From IMG/VR virus record IMGVR_UViG_3300014205_000204, positions 20,485-84,484 of that record: DNA of 64,000 nucleotides; one strand, given 5' to 3'. A program made the translations under genes and the position numbers. Positions 55,958 through 64,000 of the stretch are shown one piece after another (the stretch's first letter is position 1; every line of letters begins with the position of its first letter). Source of the DNA: a virus. Lineage: Duplodnaviria > Caudoviricetes. Under the pieces are notes generated by a model that saw only the letters and a program-made list of their open reading frames with translations, did no database searches and was not told the DNA's origin.

Positions 55958-56101
55958 TCCCTCTCCTGCTCGGGAATGAAGCATTTACCAACACGTGCTC
56001 CATTTGCTCCCGAGCATGAGACGGGAGGCGAGTTGATGCTCGCCAGCTGCATTGTCTATTTGAACGCAAGCCACATTAACACAGCAAAATAGATTGCAGC
56101 T
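55958..56101 (-). ncRNA. three abutting hairpins upstream of 55688..55936
   Basis: 56045-56101, 56027-56044 and 55958-56026 with zero-nt linkers. Confidence 0.5.
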
Positions 56102-56358
56102 GCCGTGTCTTTACCTCAGATCAGTGGTTTTGACAGAAATACTACGATTGCGATCATTACCATCAATTTCAGTAAGCAGATTATCAATTCTTGAGTTTCC
56201 ATGATGTTGATGTTATTTTAATCCGTCTTTCATTCGCTCCCGTCCTCGTCATACCCAGGTGCGTACTCATTCGGACCTAGGTCGTCGTTGACCGGCGATT
56301 GTTCCTCTGTTTCTTCTGGCATGCGCTTGAAGTTAGGTTATAAATGAGCCTAAGAATT

Positions 56359-56865
56359 TCATAATTTAATTTCTACTGTGACGATAGTATCGTTCCTACT
56401 TCCGCCATGCGGGACAAGCAGTATCTTGGTCATCTCGAAGCCCCTGTTCTTTCCGAGTCCCATGCTGTTCCAGCCGAAGCAGATGACCTTGCCTCCATTC
56501 TTGGTAATGCGGTTAATCTCGTCCTTGATTGCCGACCAGTAGCCCATGTTCGCCACGTTGATTTCCAGCTTCTCCTTTCCGTAGGACTTGTAGCACTCGG
56601 CGGCTTGGCTGATTGAATACGGCGGGTCGAACAGAACGCCATCAAAGGACTCGCTGGGCTGGACTTTCAGAAACTCCAAGGCGTCCATGTGGTGCGTGGT
56701 GTCACGCTCGGGATTAAGGTCGTTGGTGATGGTCGCTGGTGACAGCCAGCCGGCAAATGGGTCGCACCAAAGGCCGTCCGTGACTTCCTCTTTCAGCAAG
56801 GCCGCAATCGGGATTATGCTGAACGTTTTTGAATTTGGCATCGCCCATTTTCGTTCTATTCTCAT
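56359..56865 (-). CDS. small N6-adenine/N4-cytosine DNA methyltransferase-like protein
   Basis: DPFAG motif I, DALEFL, LFDPPY motif IV. Confidence 0.8.
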   Translation of the reverse strand: MRIERKWAMPNSKTFSIIPIAALLKEEVTDGLWCDPFAGWLSPATITNDLNPERDTTHHMDALEFLKVQPSESFDGVLFDPPYSISQAAECYKSYGKEKLEINVANMGYWSAIKDEINRITKNGGKVICFGWNSMGLGKNRGFEMTKILLVPHGGSRNDTIVTVEIKL

Positions 56866-56874
56866 AAATATTAT

Positions 56875-57396
56875 GTAAATGTGGGGGCAGGGCTAGACCG
56901 TACCCCCAGAAGAAAGAGCTACCCGAGAAAGACGTACCTGACGCTCATGCCGCTCCACCTGCGTCTGCTCATCGGTTTCGTCTGACATGAGATTATCGTT
57001 TAGACTCGGTGAGTGAGTCTAGGGCTTCAACAACCAAATCGTAAGCGTCAGTATCCTTTAGCGACTCCCCGCAATCACATACACTAGCCTTAAGGTCTAA
57101 CTCTATTCTTTTTAGCTGTTCCAAATACTTGTCCATCTGCCTGTCAAGCTCGGACTGGATGAAGGTCTTGACCACGACCTCATCGTTAACTACATCATGA
57201 GAGCAAGTGTGGTAGCACCCTGAACCTCCGCAACCGTTTTCTCCACCTCCGCAACATCCATCTTTATCACATTGGATTAGCTCTTTGTCGAACCTATCCT
57301 GCCATGTTTCCTTGGGTTGTAGGTCGTTTATATTGGTCATATTAGTTTAGGTAAATGTGGGGGCAGGGCTAGACCGTACCCCCAAGAAAAGAGCTA
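56875..57396. repeat. repeated 46-47-bp leader hairpin (56875-56921, 57351-57396)
   Basis: First 34 bp identical; GGGGGTACGG-TCTAG-CCCTGCCCCC hairpin on -, 9-10 nt upstream of ATGs. Confidence 0.85.
56993..57340 (-). CDS. hypothetical Cys-rich protein
   Basis: CDKDGCCGGGENGCGGSGCYHTC. Confidence 0.55.
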   Translation of the reverse strand: MTNINDLQPKETWQDRFDKELIQCDKDGCCGGGENGCGGSGCYHTCSHDVVNDEVVVKTFIQSELDRQMDKYLEQLKRIELDLKASVCDCGESLKDTDAYDLVVEALDSLTESKR

Positions 57397-57455
57397 TCCG
57401 CTATGGGTGACTAACCCACCGCACGCCACCGACGTAAATCGGCGGTAGCGAGGGG

Positions 57456-57896
57456 CTAGCTGAGTAGCTTCCTAATCCCGTCTGCCGCAGTCCGCATGTC
57501 AGTTACATTGGCGGTTAGTGCGTCACGCTTCTTGGTGTCCGAAGCGATGAGCCTGTCGAGGCGTGCCAGTTCAGCGGTCATGTCCTTGGTTAGCTTTGGC
57601 GAGAGGACTGACTTTTTCTTGGGCTGATTTGGTGTCGGGTATGGTGCAAGGTCTGACCATCCCACCCACTGTTCTTCGCCTGTATCAGTGGACCTAAATC
57701 GTGGACAAGATGAGCCATCGTCGTTACATAGCTTCAACGCCTCGCCTAAAGCAAACTCATGATTACTTTTATTTCCGACGACCACATACACCTTTCCTGA
57801 TATCTCCTCTGGCTCGCCGAGTTCCTTACGTGTCTTGTCTTCTGGAAACGGCGTCAGCTTGCTGATTTGTTCCGACGTGAGTTTTGGGTATTGCAT
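57456..57896 (-). CDS. hypothetical protein, paralogue A
   Basis: KVYVVV...LGEALKLCNDDGS...WSDL domain plus coiled coil. Confidence 0.6.
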   Translation of the reverse strand: MQYPKLTSEQISKLTPFPEDKTRKELGEPEEISGKVYVVVGNKSNHEFALGEALKLCNDDGSSCPRFRSTDTGEEQWVGWSDLAPYPTPNQPKKKSVLSPKLTKDMTAELARLDRLIASDTKKRDALTANVTDMRTAADGIRKLLS

Positions 57897-57901
57897 GATG
57901 G

Positions 57902-58309
57902 TTAGTGTTCAAGCCTCCTTAATGCCTCCTTGTTGGCCTCAAGCCTATCGATTAAATGCTCGTTCCTTGCAATCAGTTTCCTCAACCTATCTGCTTCATC
58001 GTCCCTAGCCTTGATGTATTCCTTGGAGTAGGTTTGCGTCTTTTTCTTAGTGGCTTCCTCTTTGGCTTCTTCTGGAAGGTAGGCTAATTGGCTCCAACAC
58101 CAAGGATGAAGAGACACATCCTTGGTATGAATGAACCAAGGCCAAAAAGTTTCATCATCTTCTTTTAACTTGATAACTTCGCCAAGATTTTTTTCATCAT
58201 TAGCACCTTGTTTAACAACCACGAACTTTCGCTTCAGGTCTATCCCAAGCATTGTCGCGTTCTTTCCTCTTGCGAACGGCTTTAGGTCTTTCCAGTTTTC
58301 GTATCGCAT
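57902..58309 (-). CDS. hypothetical protein, paralogue B
   Basis: KFVVV...LGEVIKLKEDDET...WSQL domain plus coiled coil. Confidence 0.6.
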   Translation of the reverse strand: MRYENWKDLKPFARGKNATMLGIDLKRKFVVVKQGANDEKNLGEVIKLKEDDETFWPWFIHTKDVSLHPWCWSQLAYLPEEAKEEATKKKTQTYSKEYIKARDDEADRLRKLIARNEHLIDRLEANKEALRRLEH

Positions 58310-58357
58310 ACCTAGAATGTTACTGCCGCCCCATCGATCAGGAGCGTGATTAATCTC

Positions 58358-58666
58358 CTACTTGTGGTTCAATACCAAGTCATAAAGGTCATCCAGCGTC
58401 TCGGACGGGATCTCTTTCTTGTCCTTGTCGAATGCCGTTATTTCTTTACTTGTGCCGAATCCCTTCTCGTATACCCACCAGGAGATCCATTCACCGCTGT
58501 CCTCCATTGCCGCCTCGATCGCCTCAAGCGCCAGTGATGAGCCCCTAGTGAATATCACGTATGAGTCCTCGCTGAACTCCTCCACGGCCTGGCTGAACTT
58601 CCTCTCCCTTTCATCCAGCTCCCTGAACTTTCCCATCAGATCCTTGAACTTTTCCAGCGTGATCAT
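58358..58666 (-). CDS. hypothetical protein (start codon rebuilt by IS right end)
   Basis: 102 aa; WISWWVYEKGFG...ETLDDLYDL. Confidence 0.7.
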   Translation of the reverse strand: MITLEKFKDLMGKFRELDERERKFSQAVEEFSEDSYVIFTRGSSLALEAIEAAMEDSGEWISWWVYEKGFGTSKEITAFDKDKKEIPSETLDDLYDLVLNHK

Positions 58667-60023
58667 GACATTCTCCCCATGCCTAAAGGCAGGGGTTTCT
58701 AAGAGTTAGACGATTCCTGCTTCATCGAGGCGACTTACCTGATCCGCTGAGCGAACTAGGCAGAGGTCATTCTCTCCACAGGCTTGAAATCCGGCGTGCC
58801 CCGCCGTACTGATCGCTGCCTTCAGGATGTTGATGGCCGCGTTATGGTCTCTGTCGATGCTGATGCCGCAGGCAGGGCAACTGTGAACCCTTACAGACAG
58901 GCTCTTAGGTACCATCTCACCGCAACTTGAGCACTTCTGGCTGGTGTTCCTCGGATCGACTTTTACGATGATCCGGCCGAACCTCTTGCCGTAGTTCTCC
59001 AGGCTGGTGAAAAATTCTCCCCATGCGACGTCAGCGATGCTCCTAGCCAACGAATGGTTACCCATCATGTTGATTATCCTCAAGTCCTCGTGAGCCACGA
59101 GGTCGTTAGACCTCACAACGCATCTTGCAGCCTTGACGGCAAAATCCTTACGCTGGCGACTTAGCCTGAGGAACAGGCGGGCCTTTCTCACGTTGGCATT
59201 CCTCCTGTTGGAGGAGCTTTTTTTCTTTCTTGATGACGACCTGCTCATCCTCCTCACCTTGTCCATAGACTTGGCGAGTGGCTTAGGAGAATCGATGCTG
59301 TCTCCATTGCTGTCGACGTAGAAATGCCTTATCCCCACGTCTATGCCGATTGTCCGGCCGGTTGGCATCAGCGGATCGCTCTTCGTCTCGTCGACGATGA
59401 ATTGGGCGAACAGCATGTCTGCCCTCGTGAGGAGACGGACACGGCTGATCTTCTTTCCTGTCAAGCTTTCCGATGTCCTCATCCTCATCCGACCGATGCC
59501 GATCTTGTCCGTGAGCTCGATGAACTTGCCGTCGTAGGATACTGACCATCCTGACTGCTTGTATTCCACCGAACGGTTACCCTTACGGTACTTCGGGTAC
59601 CCCTTCTTCTTGATTCCTCGCTTACAGTTGTCATAGAACTTGGCTACGGAACTCCAAGCCCTTTCGGCGGCAGCCTGCCTCGCTTGCGCTGACAGCTTGT
59701 TGACGAAGCCGAACTCCTTACCCAGCCGGTTACTGGCAGTGAGCCGGTTGAAGTCGTACTTGCCGATCTTTTGTCGCTCGTCAAGCGGCTTCTTGCCCTC
59801 CTCCTCCCACATGGCGATGCACTTGTTTCGGACGAATTGGCCAATCCTAAACGCCTCGTTGGCCTTCTCCATCTGCTCAGGCTTCGGGTAGAGTTTTGCT
59901 TCGATGATATACATACTTCCTATGCTAGGTCAGTGAGAATATGATAGCATGATAGCCTTCAAAATATCAATCGTAATGCCTCATATCCCCATAGCTGAAG
60001 CAAGGGGTTTTACGGCATTATTG
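58665..60023 (-). mobile_element. TnpB-only IS200/IS605-family (IS1341-type) element, 1359 bp
   Basis: Left-end hairpin CCCCTTGCTTCAGCTATGGGG; right-end hairpin CCCCTGCCTTTAGGCATGGGG ending TGTCAT; TTAT immediately 5' of left end; no tnpA. Confidence 0.85.
58706..59914 (-). CDS. tnpB: RNA-guided endonuclease TnpB
   Basis: IGIDVG, VAHEDL, CSSC/CPAC, DRDHNAAINI; all three RuvC acidic residues present. Confidence 0.95.
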   Translation of the reverse strand: MYIIEAKLYPKPEQMEKANEAFRIGQFVRNKCIAMWEEEGKKPLDERQKIGKYDFNRLTASNRLGKEFGFVNKLSAQARQAAAERAWSSVAKFYDNCKRGIKKKGYPKYRKGNRSVEYKQSGWSVSYDGKFIELTDKIGIGRMRMRTSESLTGKKISRVRLLTRADMLFAQFIVDETKSDPLMPTGRTIGIDVGIRHFYVDSNGDSIDSPKPLAKSMDKVRRMSRSSSRKKKSSSNRRNANVRKARLFLRLSRQRKDFAVKAARCVVRSNDLVAHEDLRIINMMGNHSLARSIADVAWGEFFTSLENYGKRFGRIIVKVDPRNTSQKCSSCGEMVPKSLSVRVHSCPACGISIDRDHNAAINILKAAISTAGHAGFQACGENDLCLVRSADQVSRLDEAGIV

Positions 60024-60057
60024 ATAAGTTGATAAATCCAGGTCCCCGTTAAGTTGA

Positions 60058-60243
60058 TTAGGCCTTCCTCCCCATGATAATCCTAAAGATCTCACTGTCC
60101 TCAACGTGTATCCTTCTTCCTTCCCTGACGGCCGTGATCTTGCCTTCCCTAACCAGCCTATAAGCCTTCACCGGCGGGTTCCTGCTGCCCGGGAAGAGGA
60201 TCTCGGCCGCCTCCTTCAGGGTGAATGTTTTTTGGTTTTCCAT
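60058..60243 (-). CDS. excisionase-like HTH DNA-binding protein
   Basis: TFTLKEAAEIL...AYRLVREGKITAVREGRRIHV. Confidence 0.75.
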   Translation of the reverse strand: MENQKTFTLKEAAEILFPGSRNPPVKAYRLVREGKITAVREGRRIHVEDSEIFRIIMGRKA

Positions 60244-60259
60244 ATTATCTAACTTAACC

Positions 60260-60288
60260 ACTATAGCATTTATCACGAACCTTGTCAA
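60260..60288 (-). promoter_or_regulatory. strong sigma70-type promoter
   Basis: TTGACA-17 nt-TATAGT with TG extension; TTATCCACA box at 60330-60338. Confidence 0.8.
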
Positions 60289-60376
60289 CTGTGCCAACCT
60301 AAGCCAAATCCTTTTATCGTTTTAGCTACTTATCCACAACTAAAAAGGATGAGGACTAATCCCCATCCTTCTTGCT

Positions 60377-61633
60377 TTAGTCGATGACGCTGCGAAGCTC
60401 CTGCTTGATCGCGTCGAACTCCACCTGATGCGTCACCTCGTATGTCCCGTCGATGGAGACCTTGCCGTGCTCGCTGGAAGGCCCACGGTGCTCAATGAAG
60501 GCGTCAGTTGCGGCACAGACGTATTCCTTTCCCTCATCCTTCCAGTGGTAGACTGCCTTCCCTCCTACAACGTGGCTGTTTCCGGTGATGGGAGAAACCT
60601 GAACGGCCGCCTCCTTGACTTCTGAACCATTTATCGGCTGAACGTCGCAAGGATTGAGAACGATATCACCGTGGATCACGTGCCGGCGCTTCCCCTCGAT
60701 CGGCTTGTCCTCCGGGAAATCCTTGTCGTCCTTGTGGGCGGCCCTGAACTCGTCGACGGTGAGACCGAACATGGTGGCTACAGAGGTGATGGCGTCAGTG
60801 CTTTCCTTGGGGACGAAATGCGCGTAATCGTGACCGGAAGACCATCCCTTGAATGTCAAAACCTTGGCCGTCCCGAGTCCTGCCACCTCGATCTCATGCA
60901 GCTCATACCCGCCGAACTCTTCGCTGCGGCTGACTACCTTGGACTCGCACTCCTTCAAGAGCTCTGATACCGGCCTCTCGCGGAGAAGGACGGAACGCTG
61001 CTCGATGTCAGGCCAGTTGATGACTTCAGTGGCAGTGGCCTTGACGGCCTTCCAGTAGTCCTCCGGCTTGAAGTAGACGCCGTGGATGAAGTGAGACCCG
61101 CACCTGACCCTCTTGCCGTCTACTTCCTCATCCGGCCATTCTACCGCCTTGCCTGTCATGCAGTGCATCTCATTCTCGGAGTCGGTGTTCAGCGAGATCG
61201 GGCGCCGGCAGACGAACGCCTTGCCTTCGAGGGCGATCATGGACCAGATGCCTGAATCGACGATGGCCTCCTTGATCCTCTGGAAGTCCTTGTCGTCTTC
61301 CGTTATGTCCGCCTTAATCCCGAACATGGCATAGGCAATCCAGTAGAAGTCTCCGATGTTCCCGTACCATGACTCGGAAGTGTCGTCGGAGAACTCCTTT
61401 GCCCTATTCTTCATGTCGAGTGGTGAGGCGCAAACAGTGACTTCAGGCTCCTTTTCCCCTCCCAAGTCGTAAATCGTCTTGACCGCCTTGATCAGGGTCT
61501 CGTCGCTGGTGTCGTTCAGCATCACCTTTGAAATCATCTCATCATGAATCTCGTCCATGAGGGCGTAATCTTCCTTGGTGAAATCCTGCAAATTCTTCAT
61601 GTCTCGCATATTGTTGGTGGGTTTATTCGTCAT
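60377..61633 (-). CDS. DUF6745-like protein with fused C-terminal domain
   Basis: VTVCASP, DFYWIAY, CRRPISL...MHCMTGKAVEWPD; start likely 61633 or 61609 rather than 61744. Confidence 0.6.
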   Translation of the reverse strand: MTNKPTNNMRDMKNLQDFTKEDYALMDEIHDEMISKVMLNDTSDETLIKAVKTIYDLGGEKEPEVTVCASPLDMKNRAKEFSDDTSESWYGNIGDFYWIAYAMFGIKADITEDDKDFQRIKEAIVDSGIWSMIALEGKAFVCRRPISLNTDSENEMHCMTGKAVEWPDEEVDGKRVRCGSHFIHGVYFKPEDYWKAVKATATEVINWPDIEQRSVLLRERPVSELLKECESKVVSRSEEFGGYELHEIEVAGLGTAKVLTFKGWSSGHDYAHFVPKESTDAITSVATMFGLTVDEFRAAHKDDKDFPEDKPIEGKRRHVIHGDIVLNPCDVQPINGSEVKEAAVQVSPITGNSHVVGGKAVYHWKDEGKEYVCAATDAFIEHRGPSSEHGKVSIDGTYEVTHQVEFDAIKQELRSVID

Positions 61634-61802
61634 AAGTAAGGTTGTTCTCAAGCCTGTCCCAGAGCCTGCCCCAGAGCCTGCCCCAGAGACTGTCGTTGAG
61701 CCTGTTCCAGAGCCTGCCATTGAGCCTGCCATTGAGCCTGCCATTGAGCCTGCCGCAGATACTGTTCCAGAGCCTGCCTATGTTGGTTGATTTATTCGTC
61801 AT
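61623..61802 (-). CDS. 59-aa tetrapeptide-repeat peptide (not in ORF track)
   Basis: MTNKSTNIGRLWNSICGRLNGRLNGRLNGRLWNRLNDSLWGRLWGRLWDRLENNLTYDE. Confidence 0.6.
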   Translation of the reverse strand: MTNKSTNIGRLWNSICGRLNGRLNGRLNGRLWNRLNDSLWGRLWGRLWDRLENNLTYDE

Positions 61803-61959
61803 AGGTGAGTTTGTCGTTGAGCCTGACGTTGAGCCTGACGTCGAGCCTGCCCCAGAGACTGACGTCGAGCCTGTCCCAGAGCCTTCTGTCTTGCCTGACC
61901 CAGAGCCTGCCCCAGATGCTGTCCCTGAGCCTACCTATGTTATTGGTCTTGCTCGTCAT
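61792..61959 (-). CDS. 55-aa tetrapeptide-repeat peptide (not in ORF track)
   Basis: MTSKTNNIGRLRDSIWGRLWVRQDRRLWDRLDVSLWGRLDVRLNVRLNDKLTYDE. Confidence 0.6.
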   Translation of the reverse strand: MTSKTNNIGRLRDSIWGRLWVRQDRRLWDRLDVSLWGRLDVRLNVRLNDKLTYDE

Positions 61960-62233
61960 AGGCAGACCCCCATCCCTCGACGATCATGATGCTGTAGACG
62001 TTACGTACCCGTATCGTGCAGGTCGAACTCAAGGTAAAATATTCTACTGTGGTGTGTTCTTCGTTAAGGAAATTCTTCCATCTTCCTGTGAGTTCCGTTA
62101 AAGCCTGCTTAAGCGTCTTCTCGCCGGCAAGGTCCCGCTCGTCGATGTAGACGTCCATGGGGAAGGGTTTGGAGTCAGAAGCGAACACGTAGCTGACCTT
62201 GATTCTCGACTTCTTGGGCTTATTGCTTTCCAT
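61940..62233 (-). CDS. hypothetical protein
   Basis: 97-aa ORF overlapping the next start. Confidence 0.55.
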   Translation of the reverse strand: MESNKPKKSRIKVSYVFASDSKPFPMDVYIDERDLAGEKTLKQALTELTGRWKNFLNEEHTTVEYFTLSSTCTIRVRNVYSIMIVEGWGSAYDEQDQ

Positions 62234-62254
62234 GCGATTTAGGGGTTAGTTGAC

Positions 62255-62842
62255 TTAGTTATATTCTCCTTTTCCTCCCCGTGTTCCAAGCAATGATCGA
62301 AAGGGGTCACTGCTCACCTCTAACGTCCTGATGTCCCTCTCCAGTGACTCAATCCTCAACCGCATGGCGAGCTCCCTTTCCGTCTCCCCCTCCACCTCCC
62401 TAAGGACCTTGTTTATGGCATAAGGCAGCTCCCTGATGATTTGGATCGCCCTTGAGACCTGCTCGTCGCTCATGTCCTCCCCTCCCTTGACCCAGCCGAG
62501 TATCCTCCCGACGCTGCTGTAGACGTAACTTTCCCCAAATGGCCTCTTTCCATCAACCCCGATCAGAACGCAGCCTCCCCCATCGTCGAAGAGCCTGAAC
62601 TCCATCTCCCTCATCAGCTTCCGGTGGTCGTCAGTGACCGGTAACCCAGACAGCCTGACGCGTTCCCTTCGGGTAATCTCATCCTGTATCCTCATCCTCT
62701 CCTGCTTCACCCGGTAAAGTTGGTCATTGAACACCTTAATCTCCCCCTCCGTTATCTTTTGCTTAACCAGGACATCCGTCATCCTTTCCCCAAGCTCCTC
62801 ACTTGTCATTTTTCCGTACATATTACTGTGTTCACTCGTCAT
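62255..62842 (-). CDS. hypothetical coiled-coil protein
   Basis: 195 aa; KRPFGES..YSSVGRILGW motif. Confidence 0.6.
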   Translation of the reverse strand: MTSEHSNMYGKMTSEELGERMTDVLVKQKITEGEIKVFNDQLYRVKQERMRIQDEITRRERVRLSGLPVTDDHRKLMREMEFRLFDDGGGCVLIGVDGKRPFGESYVYSSVGRILGWVKGGEDMSDEQVSRAIQIIRELPYAINKVLREVEGETERELAMRLRIESLERDIRTLEVSSDPFRSLLGTRGGKGEYN

Positions 62843-62860
62843 AGGTGAAGTTCCGCTCGT

Positions 62861-63406
62861 TTACCGCCTCCTGCCCTTGTAGGTCCTCATGTACTCCCTC
62901 TGCTTCCTCTTGCGCTCCCCGTACCTCTCCGGGTCCGCCTTAAGCCTCTCCCAAGCGCTCACTCCCCTCTCCCTCGCGCACTCATAGCAGACGTAAGCCT
63001 GTTTCCCGGACTTGAACCCTCCCTTAAGCATCCTCTCCTTCCTCTCGTGGCAGATGTAGCAGGCCAGGTCATCCTTCCTCCGGTCGGCCTTGAAGCAATC
63101 CCATCCGCAGTAGATCGGGTCCTTCCTGCATCCCCCGATGACGTACTCAAACTCCTTCCCGCACTTCCCGCATGCCATCATCCCCCTCTCCTTCATCTTG
63201 GTCTTCCTCACGACGGCAATCCCCCTTCTCTTGACGTAGTAGCTGAGAAGCTGTGACGACACCCCATACAGGACGGAAGCCTCGCACAACGGCATCCCCC
63301 CCCTGATTGATTCCATGATCTGCTCAAGCCTCTCAGCCGAACCGATGCGACTCAGCCTATACCCATCTCTCCTGCAGTTTATCGGTCTTGAATCCACCAT
63401 AAACAT
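62861..63406 (-). CDS. HTH + Zn-finger DNA-binding protein
   Basis: LCEASVLYGVSSQLLSYY helix-turn-helix; CGKC, CGWDC, CYIC, CYEC. Confidence 0.65.
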   Translation of the reverse strand: MFMVDSRPINCRRDGYRLSRIGSAERLEQIMESIRGGMPLCEASVLYGVSSQLLSYYVKRRGIAVVRKTKMKERGMMACGKCGKEFEYVIGGCRKDPIYCGWDCFKADRRKDDLACYICHERKERMLKGGFKSGKQAYVCYECARERGVSAWERLKADPERYGERKRKQREYMRTYKGRRR

Positions 63407-64000
63407 GTTCCAATGCCGTTAAACTAACGGCGGTTAAAGGTTAGCCTGATGCTTTTTCCCATCAAACAACCGCTTTTACGTTCTTCCGCTACAGTACCAC
63501 CTAATCGTCCTTTTGTTAAATAGCAAAACTAGTATATTATAAGAGGCCAGAGGTCAAAATCAGGGCTTATTTTAGCTTTTTTTGATGGCCTAACCCCGAA
63601 GGGAAACATGAGACGTTCCGCTAAAGACATGACCCCATAACCAGATAGGTAAGTGATGGTCCATACCCATTGACCCGATAAAGACATGTAGTCCTTTTAC
63701 CGATAGGTTCCGATATGTAAGATCTGAAGCCATCCATTGAACCCTTATGCACGATAGAGATAAGAGCTGAAAACCAATAGGTTTATGGTTAGACAAGATT
63801 ATTAGGATAGATCCACGATAGGATAATGGTCAAGCAGACATAACGCAGTAATGAGACAGATGTCAGCCCAAGCAACAATACGACAATGCAGGCCCGCATA
63901 AGGTAATGGTGGAGCGCGGAATAACGCAAAGAGGCGAGGCCCGCGTAAAAGTATGGGGAGGCGCGGGAGGCGAGAAGGGCGAAATGGGCTGTGGAAAAGC

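Noticed and set aside
56940-56990. Hammerhead ribozyme (GAAAC...GATGAG)
   Set aside because: The core reads CCGATGAG rather than CTGANGA, and there is no room for stems I and III.
60377-61744. N-terminal MAGSMAGS extension of the 455-aa ORF
   Set aside because: It is an alternate-frame reading of the 12-bp repeats; a coupled start at 61633 is more parsimonious.
61635-61930. CRISPR-like array
   Set aside because: Repeats are contiguous 12-mers with no spacers and are explained by coding tetrapeptide repeats.
1-64000. Genome-wide TAG or TGA reassignment
   Set aside because: ORFs up to 2123 aa are uninterrupted under code 11, TAG and TGA end genes at out-of-frame junctions, and no suppressor tRNA is present.

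Overview
A 64-kb segment of a tailed dsDNA bacteriophage genome, probably podovirus-like. Host is unknown; Shine-Dalgarno-less A-rich leaders, a type IV pilin-like gene and a DUF5659-like gene suggest Patescibacteria/CPR (inference). 1-26920 (+) is the late/virion module: holin-like C-terminus, repeat-rich fibre, two beta-propeller fibres, head-tail adaptor, tail nozzle-like protein, M23 peptidase, and very large ejection-type proteins carrying an HNH-like motif and a complete DEDDh exonuclease. 26977-63406 (-) is the early/replication arm: RecA, Prim-Pol/DnaB primase-helicase with a mini-intein, SbcC/SbcD, RuvC-like, SNF2 helicase, five tRNAs, SPFH, nucleotidyltransferase, MTase, a TnpB-only IS200/IS605-family element and many small ORFs. 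It is interrupted by a (+) island of basic proteins at 32652-34580. The main unexplained signal is a set of strand-specific structured RNAs, including a 146-nt RNA with 6S-like topology heading the tRNA cluster. Structures were folded by eye and family calls are motif-based; no database searches were run.
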